Assembly (NCBI GenBank): GCA_938040735.1
Contig: CALHYE010000010.1
Span: 14,806 to 78,805 of the forward strand
DNA: 64,000 nucleotides
Origin: an uncultured Bellilinea sp.
GTDB taxonomy: Bacteria; Chloroflexota; Anaerolineae; Anaerolineales; Anaerolineaceae
Direction of reading: 5' to 3'
Below, one piece after another: positions 40,605-49,819 of the stretch (position 1 is the first letter of the stretch; the number at the start of each line of letters is the position of its first letter). The notes under the pieces were generated by a model, which was not told the origin of the DNA, did not search any database, and worked only from the letters and a program-made list of their open reading frames with translations. The position numbers and the translations under genes were made by a program.

Positions 40605-41651
40605 ATGGCTACTCAGGCTACTCCAAGAACTCAGGTGAATCTTGTTGGTTTGAGCCGGGCAGATTACAAGGGCCATAACAGTACATTATGCGCGGGATGT
40701 GGGCATAATTCCATCTCGAATCAGATTATTGCGGCTTTGTATGAGCTGAATGTTGTGCCGGAAAATGTTGTCAAGTTTAGCGGAATTGGCTGCTCCAGTA
40801 AAAGTCCAACCTATTTCCTCAACCGCTCATTTGGTTTCAATGGTTTGCATGGGCGGATGCCTTCGTTGGCGTTAGGCGCCTTGTTTGCCGACCACACCCT
40901 TAAGGGAATTGGAATCAGCGGCGACGGAGATACTGCCAGTATCGGTATGGGGCAGTTCAAACACGTGATGCGCCGCAATTTACCCATGGTTTATGTGGTC
41001 GAAAATAACGGCGTCTACGGGTTGACCAAAGGCCAGTTTTCCGCAACTGCCGAGGTGGGACTGGAATTGAAACGGCAGGGAGTAAATAAATACTTTCCGG
41101 TGGATATCTGCATGGAAGCGCTGGTCAGCCGGGCTTCTTTTGTCGCCCGATCATTTGCAGGTGATCCAAAGCAAGTTAAGGAAATATTCAAGGCCGCCTT
41201 TAGTCATAGGGGAATAGCGGTGGTGGATATCATCAGTCCGTGCGTCACCTTTCATAATAAAGAAGATTCTTTCCACTCCTACACGTGGGGAAAGGAACAC
41301 GAGATTGCCTTGCATGATATTACCTACGTCCCGGCGCGTGAAGAAATTACCGTCGAAGACTTTGAGGAAGGCAGTACTCGAGAAGTTACTCTCCATGATG
41401 GGGCGACCATTGTTCTGAAGAAGCTGGAGCGGGACTATGATCCGACCAATATCTTTGAGGCTTTGCGAGTTCTTTATGAGGCGGAGCAAAATAACTGGTT
41501 GTTAACCGGTATTCTTTACGTAAACCCCAACGCCCCGACCATTTTTGATATGTACAACTTACCGGAAACACCACTCAACCGCTTGCCGGCTGATAAATTG
41601 CGCCCCAGCCGCGAGTCGCTTGATCGGATCAATGAGCAAATGAGGCTCTAA
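40605..41651 (+). CDS. korB: 2-oxoacid:ferredoxin oxidoreductase beta
   Basis: CAGCG, SGIGCS, HGR, GDGD...NNGVYGLTKGQ TPP motif, SPC. Confidence 0.93.
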   Translation: MATQATPRTQVNLVGLSRADYKGHNSTLCAGCGHNSISNQIIAALYELNVVPENVVKFSGIGCSSKSPTYFLNRSFGFNGLHGRMPSLALGALFADHTLKGIGISGDGDTASIGMGQFKHVMRRNLPMVYVVENNGVYGLTKGQFSATAEVGLELKRQGVNKYFPVDICMEALVSRASFVARSFAGDPKQVKEIFKAAFSHRGIAVVDIISPCVTFHNKEDSFHSYTWGKEHEIALHDITYVPAREEITVEDFEEGSTREVTLHDGATIVLKKLERDYDPTNIFEALRVLYEAEQNNWLLTGILYVNPNAPTIFDMYNLPETPLNRLPADKLRPSRESLDRINEQMRL

Positions 41652-41661
41652 CGGTTAGCCC

Positions 41662-42510
41662 TTAACCCACCTCTATAGGCCGGCTGGGGTCGCGAATCCA
41701 TTCACTCCAGGAGCCGGCATACAGTTTTGCGCCAGGTATGCCGGCGTATTCCATTGCTAAAAGATGATGGCAGGATGTCACCCCCGAACCGCAGTAGACA
41801 ATCACCTGAGCAGGGGGTGTCTCCCCAAGGAGTTCCTCAAACTCTTTTCTTAAGACATCCGCCGGTTTTAGTTTGCCTGCGCGGGCCAGGTTCCTCTCGT
41901 GGAAGCGGTTGATGCTGCCGGGAATATGACCGGCAACCGGGTCAAGCGGTTCAATTTCTCCCCGGTAGCGTTCCGGTGCGCGGGCGTCAATGATTTTGAA
42001 AGAGGAATTTCCAAGTAAACCGAGCATTTCGGCGGTTGTTAGGTATCTTCCGGTTTGAGGATTGGGAATAAACTTGCCGCGGGGTTTGGTCTCAATCCCC
42101 TGTGCAATCAAATGACCGCTTGATTTCCACGCATTCCATCCGCCGTTGAGAACGGCAACCGAGTTGTGTCCCATCCATCTTAGCATCCACCACAAGCGGG
42201 CGGCAAATGAACCCCCGCTGGTGTCCAGAGCGACCACCTGGGTATGATTGCCAATCCCAAGTCGCTCCAGTGTTCTTGCAAATTCCGAGGGTAACGGCAG
42301 CGGATGCCGGCCGGTGTGAGGGGTTATTGGAGCAGAAAGATCATGATCCAGATGAGCATAGACGGAGCCGGGAATATGCCCCCGTTGATAATCCATAAAC
42401 CCCCAGTCTGGATTCATCAGATCGAAACGGCAATCCACAATGACCCAAGAAGGGTCATTAAGATGGGAAACTAGATCTTCGACTTCAATCAGGGTGGTGT
42501 ATGCGGTCAT
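41662..42510 (-). CDS. sseA: Two-domain rhodanese / 3-mercaptopyruvate sulfurtransferase
   Basis: GHIPGS, GRHPLP, YCGSGVTSC and LYAGSWSEW motifs. Confidence 0.93.
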   Translation of the reverse strand: MTAYTTLIEVEDLVSHLNDPSWVIVDCRFDLMNPDWGFMDYQRGHIPGSVYAHLDHDLSAPITPHTGRHPLPLPSEFARTLERLGIGNHTQVVALDTSGGSFAARLWWMLRWMGHNSVAVLNGGWNAWKSSGHLIAQGIETKPRGKFIPNPQTGRYLTTAEMLGLLGNSSFKIIDARAPERYRGEIEPLDPVAGHIPGSINRFHERNLARAGKLKPADVLRKEFEELLGETPPAQVIVYCGSGVTSCHHLLAMEYAGIPGAKLYAGSWSEWIRDPSRPIEVG

Positions 42511-42519
42511 CTTTTTCTC

Positions 42520-43980
42520 TTAAGTCCATTCCCCAACGGTATAAAGCAGCGCAAAATTGGGCGGGCGCATTGCCCCAACCGGGAATCCACTGATCACAAC
42601 CACTTGATCACCCGTTTGGATGGAGGTTGAAGAGACCAAGGCAGCCTCGACGCTGGCGATCATGGCTTCGACTGTTGATGCAAATGGAACCAAAAATGGC
42701 ACTACCCCCCAGTAAAGTCCCATTCGGTTGTAAGTTTGCTCTTCCGGGGTAAATGCGAAAATGGGGACATTGGGCCGGGATTTTGACATCAACAGGGCGG
42801 TTTTGCCGGTTTGGGTAAAGACGGCGATAGCGGCCACATTACGGTCATGCGCCAGTTCTTTAGCGGCCCGGGTGATTGCCAACGCATCATCTTGAGGAGC
42901 TTCAGCCGGGCGAGTCGAATAATGAGCGTATTCAGCGGCATTGGCTTCGGCTTCGCAGATGATGTTTGCCATGACTTTGACCGCTTCAATTGGGTAAGCG
43001 CCGCTGGCAGTTTCACCGGAAAGCATGACCGCATCGGTGCCGTCAAAGATCGCGTTGGCAACATCCGAAGCTTCGGCGCGAGTTGGGCGTGGGTTGCGAA
43101 TCATCGAATCGAGCATTTGGGTGGCGGTAATAACCGGTTTGGCATGACGATTAGCCATGTCAATGATTCTTTTCTGGATGATGGGAACGGTGGAAGGGGA
43201 TGTTTCTACTCCTAAATCGCCACGAGCAACCATAACACCATCAGCGGCGTGGATAATTTCGTGGAGATTGGCAATGGCCTCAGGTCGTTCCAGCTTGGCA
43301 ATGATGGGTATGGTTGATCGGGTGGGGAGGATTTCCCGCATCGCATTGCGAACTTCCTCAATATCCGAAGCGCGGTGGACAAAACTGATGGCGACCCAAT
43401 CCACCCCATTTTTCAAGCCGAATTCAAGATCTATACGGTCTTTTTCGGTAAAGGGAGGAATACCAAGAGCGGCGCCGGGTAGATTAACCCCCTTGTTGGA
43501 ATACAGCGTTCCGCCGAGAATGACTTTTGCAAAGACCGCATCGCCTTTGACTTCGGTTACCTCAAATTCCAGGTTGCCGTCATCGAGAAGGATACGATTG
43601 CCGGGAATAACGCCGCGCGCCAGATTTGGGACATCCAAAGGAATGAGAATGGTGGATGCCGGCAAATCTACGAGTGAATCCACATTGGAAACCTGGGTCA
43701 ACACAACCATATCCCCTGCTTGAAGCGGGATTCCTTCTGCAGGCAGTTTGCCAACCCTCAATTTTGGACCTTGTAAATCTTGTAATATGGAGACCGGTTT
43801 ATTTAATTCTTCGGAAAGTTTCCTGATCAGACGAATCTTTTCGAGATGTTCCTCGTGAGTACCGTGCGAAAAATTCAAGCGGGCTACATCAATGCCGGCC
43901 TCAATTAATTGACGGAGTGTTTCTTCTTTTTCACTTGCCGGCCCTATGGTAGCGACGATTTTTGACCTGCGAAAATTCAT
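42520..43980 (-). CDS. pyk: Pyruvate kinase
   Basis: KIVATIGPAS, RLNFSHG, DLQGPK, MVARGDLG and MLSGETA motifs. Confidence 0.98.
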   Translation of the reverse strand: MNFRRSKIVATIGPASEKEETLRQLIEAGIDVARLNFSHGTHEEHLEKIRLIRKLSEELNKPVSILQDLQGPKLRVGKLPAEGIPLQAGDMVVLTQVSNVDSLVDLPASTILIPLDVPNLARGVIPGNRILLDDGNLEFEVTEVKGDAVFAKVILGGTLYSNKGVNLPGAALGIPPFTEKDRIDLEFGLKNGVDWVAISFVHRASDIEEVRNAMREILPTRSTIPIIAKLERPEAIANLHEIIHAADGVMVARGDLGVETSPSTVPIIQKRIIDMANRHAKPVITATQMLDSMIRNPRPTRAEASDVANAIFDGTDAVMLSGETASGAYPIEAVKVMANIICEAEANAAEYAHYSTRPAEAPQDDALAITRAAKELAHDRNVAAIAVFTQTGKTALLMSKSRPNVPIFAFTPEEQTYNRMGLYWGVVPFLVPFASTVEAMIASVEAALVSSTSIQTGDQVVVISGFPVGAMRPPNFALLYTVGEWT

Positions 43981-44061
43981 TCTTCACCTCGCAGAGGTTA
44001 TTTGGGTTTAGATATCTTGATTGTACCAAATCATAGGTGAAAGCAGGTGTTGGGGCATGAC

Positions 44062-44093
44062 AAAAAATAAGCGCCGGGCTTAAGCGCCGGCGC
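44062..44093 (-). terminator. Rho-independent terminator after rocD
   Basis: On - strand: GCGCCGG..CCGGCGC stem followed by TTATTTTT. Confidence 0.7.
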
Positions 44094-44120
44094 CGATAGC
44101 CTGATTTGGAAAATCTTTAA

Positions 44121-45338
44121 CTAAGGCATGGTCAGCACATCATAAATGTGCGGAATTGCCCAGTCAATCTCCTTACGGGTGATAATTAAGGGGGGTGCGA
44201 AGCGGATAATGTGCTGATGGGTTTCTTTGGCAAGAATGCCTTTTTTCTGTAAGACTTCACAAAATCGGCGAGCTCCACCAGCCTCTTTTTTGAGTTCAAC
44301 GCCGATGAGTAATCCGCGTCCGCGCACTTCTCGAATGTGGGGTGAAGGAATTTCCTCAAGCCTTTCAAGGAAGTACTCTCCCATTTGGCGAGCATTTTCG
44401 ATGAGATTTTCATCCACGATCACTTTCAAAGCCTCGCGGGCTACAGCGCAGGCAAGCGGATTGCCGCCAAAGGTCGAACCGTGTTCACCCGGTTGATACA
44501 ACCCCAAGATTGGCTGATCTGCCAAGACTGCTGATATGGGATAAAATCCGCCGGAAAGGGCTTTGCCAATGATGACAATATCCGGACGAACATCTTCATG
44601 CTCGCAGGCAAATAATTTTCCAGTGCGACCAAGCCCGGTTTGAATTTCATCGGCAATGAACAAGACCTGATTTTCGCGGCAAATTTTGGCCACCTCTTTA
44701 AGGTAACCGGCTGGCGGGATAATAACACCCCCTTCACCCTGAATAGGTTCCAACATGACGGCAGCAGTATTGGGTGTAATCGCTTTGGCTAATGCTTGCG
44801 CATCGCCGTAGGGTACAGTCACAAACCCGGGTGTGAACGGGCCAAAGTCGTTTTTATAGAGGGGTTCGGTGGAACAAGAGATGATGGAAATTGTACGACC
44901 GTGGAAATTACCCTCTGCCACAATGATTTCTGCCTGATAGCGAGGCACACCTTTGACCTGATACGCCCATTTGCGGGCAAGTTTGAGGGCGGTTTCAACG
45001 GCTTCAGCGCCGCTATTCATCGGCAAAGACATATCATAGCCGGTCAATTCTGAAAGTTCTTTGTAAAAAAGCGGCAGCTGATCATTGCGGAAAGCGCGGG
45101 AAGTAAGTGTCACCTTTTGGGCTTGTTCAGTGAGGGCGCGTAAGATGCGCGGATGGACATGCCCTTGATTGAGAGCGGAGTATGCGCTCAGGCAGTCGAG
45201 ATAGCGGTTGCCCTCGACATCCCAGACCCAAACTCCTTCCGCGCGGCTGATGACGACATCCAGCGGATGATAGTTGTGGGCTCCGTATTTTTCTTCCAGT
45301 TCGATTAGATCTTTGGTCAGGTTTTCTCTGGTTACCAT
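44121..45338 (-). CDS. rocD: Ornithine--oxo-acid aminotransferase
   Basis: [33 protein letters not shown] and GKALSGG motifs. Confidence 0.96.
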   Translation of the reverse strand: MVTRENLTKDLIELEEKYGAHNYHPLDVVISRAEGVWVWDVEGNRYLDCLSAYSALNQGHVHPRILRALTEQAQKVTLTSRAFRNDQLPLFYKELSELTGYDMSLPMNSGAEAVETALKLARKWAYQVKGVPRYQAEIIVAEGNFHGRTISIISCSTEPLYKNDFGPFTPGFVTVPYGDAQALAKAITPNTAAVMLEPIQGEGGVIIPPAGYLKEVAKICRENQVLFIADEIQTGLGRTGKLFACEHEDVRPDIVIIGKALSGGFYPISAVLADQPILGLYQPGEHGSTFGGNPLACAVAREALKVIVDENLIENARQMGEYFLERLEEIPSPHIREVRGRGLLIGVELKKEAGGARRFCEVLQKKGILAKETHQHIIRFAPPLIITRKEIDWAIPHIYDVLTMP

Positions 45339-45350
45339 AGGTTCACCCAA

Positions 45351-46277
45351 TTATTTTTCCGCCAGCAATTCAACCAAGATGGCTTTTTGGGCATGCAGGC
45401 GGTTATGCGCCTGAGGGAACAAGCGCGAATGAGGGCCATCAGCCACTTCGTCGGTAATTTCCTGCCCGCGATGCGCCGGAAGACAGTGCATCACTATGAC
45501 ATCCGGGCGAGCTTCCGATACCAGTGTTTGATTGACCTGATAGGGAGGAAAGACAACTTCGCGTTTTTTGGCTTCAGCTTCCTGTCCCATGCTCGTCCAG
45601 GTATCCGTATAAATAACATGAGCATCTTTTACTGCCTGATGCGGATCGCGCAGAAAAGTCAGTCGGCTTCCACTTTCAGCCGAAAACTGCCTGGCTAATT
45701 CAACAGCTTGGGGGATAATATCGTACCCTTCGGGGCTGGCGATGGTAAAATTCGCACCCAGTTTGGCGCAGATGTGCATCAAAGAAACGGCCACATTATT
45801 TCCATCCCCGATGAAGGTTACATTCAAACCTTTGAGGGAGCCAAATTCTTCCTGAATGGTGAGCGCATCTGCCATCGCCTGACAGGGGTGGTTATAATCG
45901 CTCAGGCCGTTGATCACCGGTATGCTTGCCCACTTTGCAAGCTCCAGGACATGTTCGTGAGCAAAAACTCTTGCCATGATGGCATCCACATAACCTGACA
46001 TGACCCGTGCGACATCTGCGATGGCTTCACGCTGACCCAGCCCAATTTCATTGGGGGAAAGGTATAAAGCATCTCCGCCGAGATGACGCATAGCCATATC
46101 GAAGCTGACGCGCGTTCGTAAACTTGGTTTTTGGAAGATCATTCCAAGCACTTTGTTCTTGAGCAAAGGCTGATTCCCGCCTGCCTGCCATTCTTTCTTC
46201 AGGCGGATGGCCAGATCAAGCATTCCTTGTAGTTCTGCTGGTGAGTAATCAGAAACCGCCAGAAAATCTTTTTTCAT
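45351..46277 (-). CDS. argF: Ornithine carbamoyltransferase
   Basis: SLRTR, HPCQ, WTSMG and MHCLP motifs. Confidence 0.96.
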   Translation of the reverse strand: MKKDFLAVSDYSPAELQGMLDLAIRLKKEWQAGGNQPLLKNKVLGMIFQKPSLRTRVSFDMAMRHLGGDALYLSPNEIGLGQREAIADVARVMSGYVDAIMARVFAHEHVLELAKWASIPVINGLSDYNHPCQAMADALTIQEEFGSLKGLNVTFIGDGNNVAVSLMHICAKLGANFTIASPEGYDIIPQAVELARQFSAESGSRLTFLRDPHQAVKDAHVIYTDTWTSMGQEAEAKKREVVFPPYQVNQTLVSEARPDVIVMHCLPAHRGQEITDEVADGPHSRLFPQAHNRLHAQKAILVELLAEK

Positions 46278-46457
46278 AGACGCTCCTTGTTATGAGTGAA
46301 AAAATTTTGGGGCAAATAGAGTATAACATACCCTTTTTGTTCTACCAGTGGTCTTTAGCACCTTCGCATCGGCTTTTTGTCTTAAGTTTTGTACCTTGAT
46401 CAGGCTATACAAGGCTGAAGCAGCCGGATAAAATACAGAAGAAAAAGGAAATAGAAA

Positions 46458-47450
46458 ATGAGACTCAATCTATTCAAATCTGCTCAATCCTTTCGAAAAT
46501 TTGTTTGGGGAGTTCTCTTTTATAACATTGTAGTAATTCTGTGGGGGGCATTTGTGCGGGCAACCGGTTCCGGGGCGGGCTGCGGAGCGCATTGGCCTTT
46601 ATGCAATGGGGAAGTCATACCCCGCGCCCCAGCGGTTGAAACAATAATCGAATTTACCCATCGAATTTCCAGCGGGTTGGTTGTGATAATCATGGCAGCG
46701 CTGATTATCTCGGCCTTTCGCTTATTCCCAAAAGGTCATTTGGCGCGAAAATCCGCCATTGCTGCTGGAATTTTTACAATAATCGAATCGCTGATTGGGG
46801 CTGTGTTGGTGCTGAATGAGCTGACCGGTCAAAACGACTCAATTCATCGGGCTGTGGTGATGATGGCGCACCTGATCAATACCTTCCTGTTAGTGGGTTC
46901 TATTTTCCTGACTGCCCGCTGGAGCGGCGAAGACTCACCTGTGAGGATAAATTTCAATCGGGGGGGCTGGGGTATTTTGATTGGAATTGGGCTGGCGGGA
47001 ATGATCGTTCTTGGGGCTAGCGGGGCGGTTACCGCCTTGGGAGATACGCTATATCCTTCCGCTTCTTTGGTGGAAGGTTTTCGGCAAGATTTTGACCCCA
47101 CTGCAAATCTCCTGATTCGTTTGCGTGTTTTTCATCCGGCGATTGCGGCTTTGGTGGGCGTTTACACCATCGGGGCGGCACTGGCCTTCCGCCGAAGGTT
47201 TCCATCCTCAACTATGCAACAGGCAACTTATGCCCTAAGTGCGATTTACGCCATACAACTTTTGCTTGGCGTTATCAATGTCGTTTTGCTGGCGCCGGTA
47301 TGGATGCAAATTTTACACTTGCTGGTTACAAATTTAATTTGGCTGGCATGGCTCTGGCTGGCAGAGTTATTCTTTAGCGGGCGCTTTGCGCTGCAAAGCA
47401 GACATGACCATGCTGTCCATCAAAGCGTAAGCCAAACCCTTACCCAATAA
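46458..47450 (+). CDS. ctaA: Heme A synthase (COX15/CtaA)
   Basis: GAGCGAHWPLCNG, EFTHR and His residues in later TM helices; about 8 TM helices. Confidence 0.85.
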   Translation: MRLNLFKSAQSFRKFVWGVLFYNIVVILWGAFVRATGSGAGCGAHWPLCNGEVIPRAPAVETIIEFTHRISSGLVVIIMAALIISAFRLFPKGHLARKSAIAAGIFTIIESLIGAVLVLNELTGQNDSIHRAVVMMAHLINTFLLVGSIFLTARWSGEDSPVRINFNRGGWGILIGIGLAGMIVLGASGAVTALGDTLYPSASLVEGFRQDFDPTANLLIRLRVFHPAIAALVGVYTIGAALAFRRRFPSSTMQQATYALSAIYAIQLLLGVINVVLLAPVWMQILHLLVTNLIWLAWLWLAELFFSGRFALQSRHDHAVHQSVSQTLTQ

Positions 47451-48221
47451 CCGAACCGCCAGATAGATTAATTTGTTTTCTAAACCGGGCAGGATGAGAT
47501 ATTTCCGGCGGGCAACCCCGGTCAAAATTTCGCCAGCGACGCGGTCTGGCTGGAGAACTCCCCCGCTGCTTGCCAGAACTTTGGTCACTGCCGGTTTATA
47601 CCGGTTCTCATAGGCTAATTGTGGTGTATCCGTGTCAGGCGGATACACAAGGGATACTTGTATTCCGTGCGGTTTTAATTCCATTCGCAACGCATCCGAC
47701 AAACCTGTCACGGCGTGTTTTGAAGCTCCATAAGCAGTGTAGCCGTAAATGTTCAAATAACCCACCACAGAAGAGATATTGACGATAATACCCTTCTTTT
47801 CGGCTAACATTCTCGGCAGGACGGCGCGAATGGCATTAATTGTCCCAAAATAATTGATATCCATCATCTGATGGAATATCTTTTCTTCCAAATTCCAAAA
47901 TTCACCGGGGTGAGCGACACCGGCTGAATTGATCAGGATATCCACTTTTTTCCAGCGAGATAATAGCGGCTCAAGAACATTATTCAAACTAAGCGAGTCG
48001 GAAACATCGGCAGACAGGCTGGAAATTTCAACATTCGGTGAAGGACGGTGATGTTCCAATTCGGACACGGCTTTATGGAGGTTTTCGGGATTTCGAGAAA
48101 GGATACAAACACTGGCTTGGTTTTGAATCAAGAGTCTAGCCAGCGCCAATCCGATTCCGCTTGAACCGCCAGTGATCAGAACCTTTTTATTTTGAAAAAA
48201 GTCCGATTGGTTTGCCGGCAT
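47367..48221 (-). CDS. SDR oxidoreductase, KDSR (3-ketodihydrosphingosine reductase)-like
   Basis: TGGSSGIG, YGASK and PPDTDTP..EN motifs. Confidence 0.85.
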   Translation of the reverse strand: MPANQSDFFQNKKVLITGGSSGIGLALARLLIQNQASVCILSRNPENLHKAVSELEHHRPSPNVEISSLSADVSDSLSLNNVLEPLLSRWKKVDILINSAGVAHPGEFWNLEEKIFHQMMDINYFGTINAIRAVLPRMLAEKKGIIVNISSVVGYLNIYGYTAYGASKHAVTGLSDALRMELKPHGIQVSLVYPPDTDTPQLAYENRYKPAVTKVLASSGGVLQPDRVAGEILTGVARRKYLILPGLENKLIYLAVRLLGKGLAYALMDSMVMSALQRKAPAKE

Positions 48222-48224
48222 CCG

Positions 48225-48455
48225 TTAAATCCCACTGCAAGAACAAGAACCGCCACTGCAAGATGAACATCCCGAAGATGCGCTGCCAGCGACCGGTTTG
48301 CCTTCGGAGGCGGCAAAGAAGAGCGATAAGGCTCGGCGGGTGTTTAGGCTGAAACATTTTTTGCATTGGATTGGTTCGTCTGCGTCTTTGATCGAGCGAA
48401 AGGCATCAAATCGAAAACCACAATCCTGACAGGTGTACTCGTAAAGCGGCATCAT
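48225..48455 (-). CDS. FmdB-family zinc-ribbon protein
   Basis: MPLYEYTCQDCG...CKKC and Cys/Ser/Gly-rich tail. Confidence 0.9.
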   Translation of the reverse strand: MMPLYEYTCQDCGFRFDAFRSIKDADEPIQCKKCFSLNTRRALSLFFAASEGKPVAGSASSGCSSCSGGSCSCSGI

Positions 48456-48470
48456 TCACCTCCACGTAGA

Positions 48471-49175
48471 TTATTGTGGCTGGATTTTACCCCCCATTGG
48501 CGGGACAGTCAAACGGACTGGCAGAGCAAAGGCGAGGTGATAGACCGCAATTCCAAAAGCAACTGCAACGTTCAAAGAATGTTTATAACCGCTCATGGGA
48601 ATGAAAATTGTTTGATCGCACAATTCTAAAATTGCCGGATCAACACCGTTCACTTCATTACCAACCACCAAAACCAACGGTTGATTTTGCGGGAGGGATT
48701 GGACTTCAAATAAGGAAATTGCCGTAGGAGTCGTTTCTAAAGCCCATAGGAGTTTGCCATCGGCTTTAAGCGATTGAGCTAAACGCAAACCGTTTGGAGC
48801 ATATTCCCAGGAAACGGCAAATTCCGCCCCTAAGGCAGTTTTGGAAATGCGCGGATTTCCGGGCAGAGGGGTGAGTCCACTCAGGTACAGATGAGTTATT
48901 CCTGCGCCATCGGCCGTCCGAAACATGGCCCCAACATTGAAAGATGAGCGGATATTATCCAGCAAGGCTTCCAATTGGAAGGCGGGTTTTGTTTTTTCGG
49001 GGGAACGGCTGAGGGTTGAGAGGACATCTTCCGGGGTTGGAACGGGTAAGAGTGGCGATTTGCAGCGAGGACATCTCAATTGGTCGGTTTGGGCGGCTCG
49101 ACCGACAGGAATTCGTAGTGCGCATTTAGGGTTGCTGCACTGGAAAAATTTATGAGATAGTTCCGCCGACTTCAT
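48471..49175 (-). CDS. TrmH/SpoU RNA methyltransferase with N-terminal Zn-finger
   Basis: NIRSSFNVGAMFRTAD, VGNEVNGV, IPM...SLNVA; N-terminal CSNPKC..CPRC. Confidence 0.9.
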   Translation of the reverse strand: MKSAELSHKFFQCSNPKCALRIPVGRAAQTDQLRCPRCKSPLLPVPTPEDVLSTLSRSPEKTKPAFQLEALLDNIRSSFNVGAMFRTADGAGITHLYLSGLTPLPGNPRISKTALGAEFAVSWEYAPNGLRLAQSLKADGKLLWALETTPTAISLFEVQSLPQNQPLVLVVGNEVNGVDPAILELCDQTIFIPMSGYKHSLNVAVAFGIAVYHLAFALPVRLTVPPMGGKIQPQ

Positions 49176-49807
49176 TCTTTCATTATAAAACCGGTTCGAA
49201 TATAGCGGGCTGCATACGGGTCAATTCCCAACTCGCTTAAAATTTCTTCGGGGCGGCCAGTTGCTCCTTCCCTCGCAGAAAGCTGCATCTGGAACGCTGC
49301 ACAACCCTCTTGGAGGGGGATCAACTGAATGTTTTCAATTAATGGACGTAAATCGTAGGTTTTATTTCTTCGTGTGCGGATGATAGAACTCCGCTCGAGC
49401 AATTCGCTCAGGCGATGCTGAAGTTCGGTCAAATTCACGGCATCCAGTAGGATCACGCGGTACAAAGAAGATTGAATCAGGGTTGGCAGACTGGGCGAAT
49501 GAAGTGGAACAGCGGAAACCGAGAGGATTTGGAGACCGGGTTGTTGAGTGGCTTGCAAATGGGTTGTAAAATCATGCTCAGTCCATTGGTCTGCCTCAAT
49601 CCACACATCAATTAAATCGTTTTGGCTGAGAAACCCCAACGGCAAGGGAGCAGCCTGTTGAATTTTGGGTTGAGGATGGAATCCCTGAGTATAGGCAACC
49701 GGAATGCGCGCCCGACGCAGGTAGCGTTCCCAAACCTTGTGAAGATCTAAGTTCCCAATGTATTGCAGCGGGGTGTCTTTATTGTATTGGATGCGAAAGC
49801 GCAACAT
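49172..49807 (-). CDS. Radical SAM-associated protein (TIGR03936/DUF2344-like)
   Basis: RFRIQYNK..YIGNLD, YTQGFHPQPK and DLRPLI motifs. Confidence 0.88.
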   Translation of the reverse strand: MLRFRIQYNKDTPLQYIGNLDLHKVWERYLRRARIPVAYTQGFHPQPKIQQAAPLPLGFLSQNDLIDVWIEADQWTEHDFTTHLQATQQPGLQILSVSAVPLHSPSLPTLIQSSLYRVILLDAVNLTELQHRLSELLERSSIIRTRRNKTYDLRPLIENIQLIPLQEGCAAFQMQLSAREGATGRPEEILSELGIDPYAARYIRTGFIMKE

Positions 49808-49819
49808 GAATTATCAATC

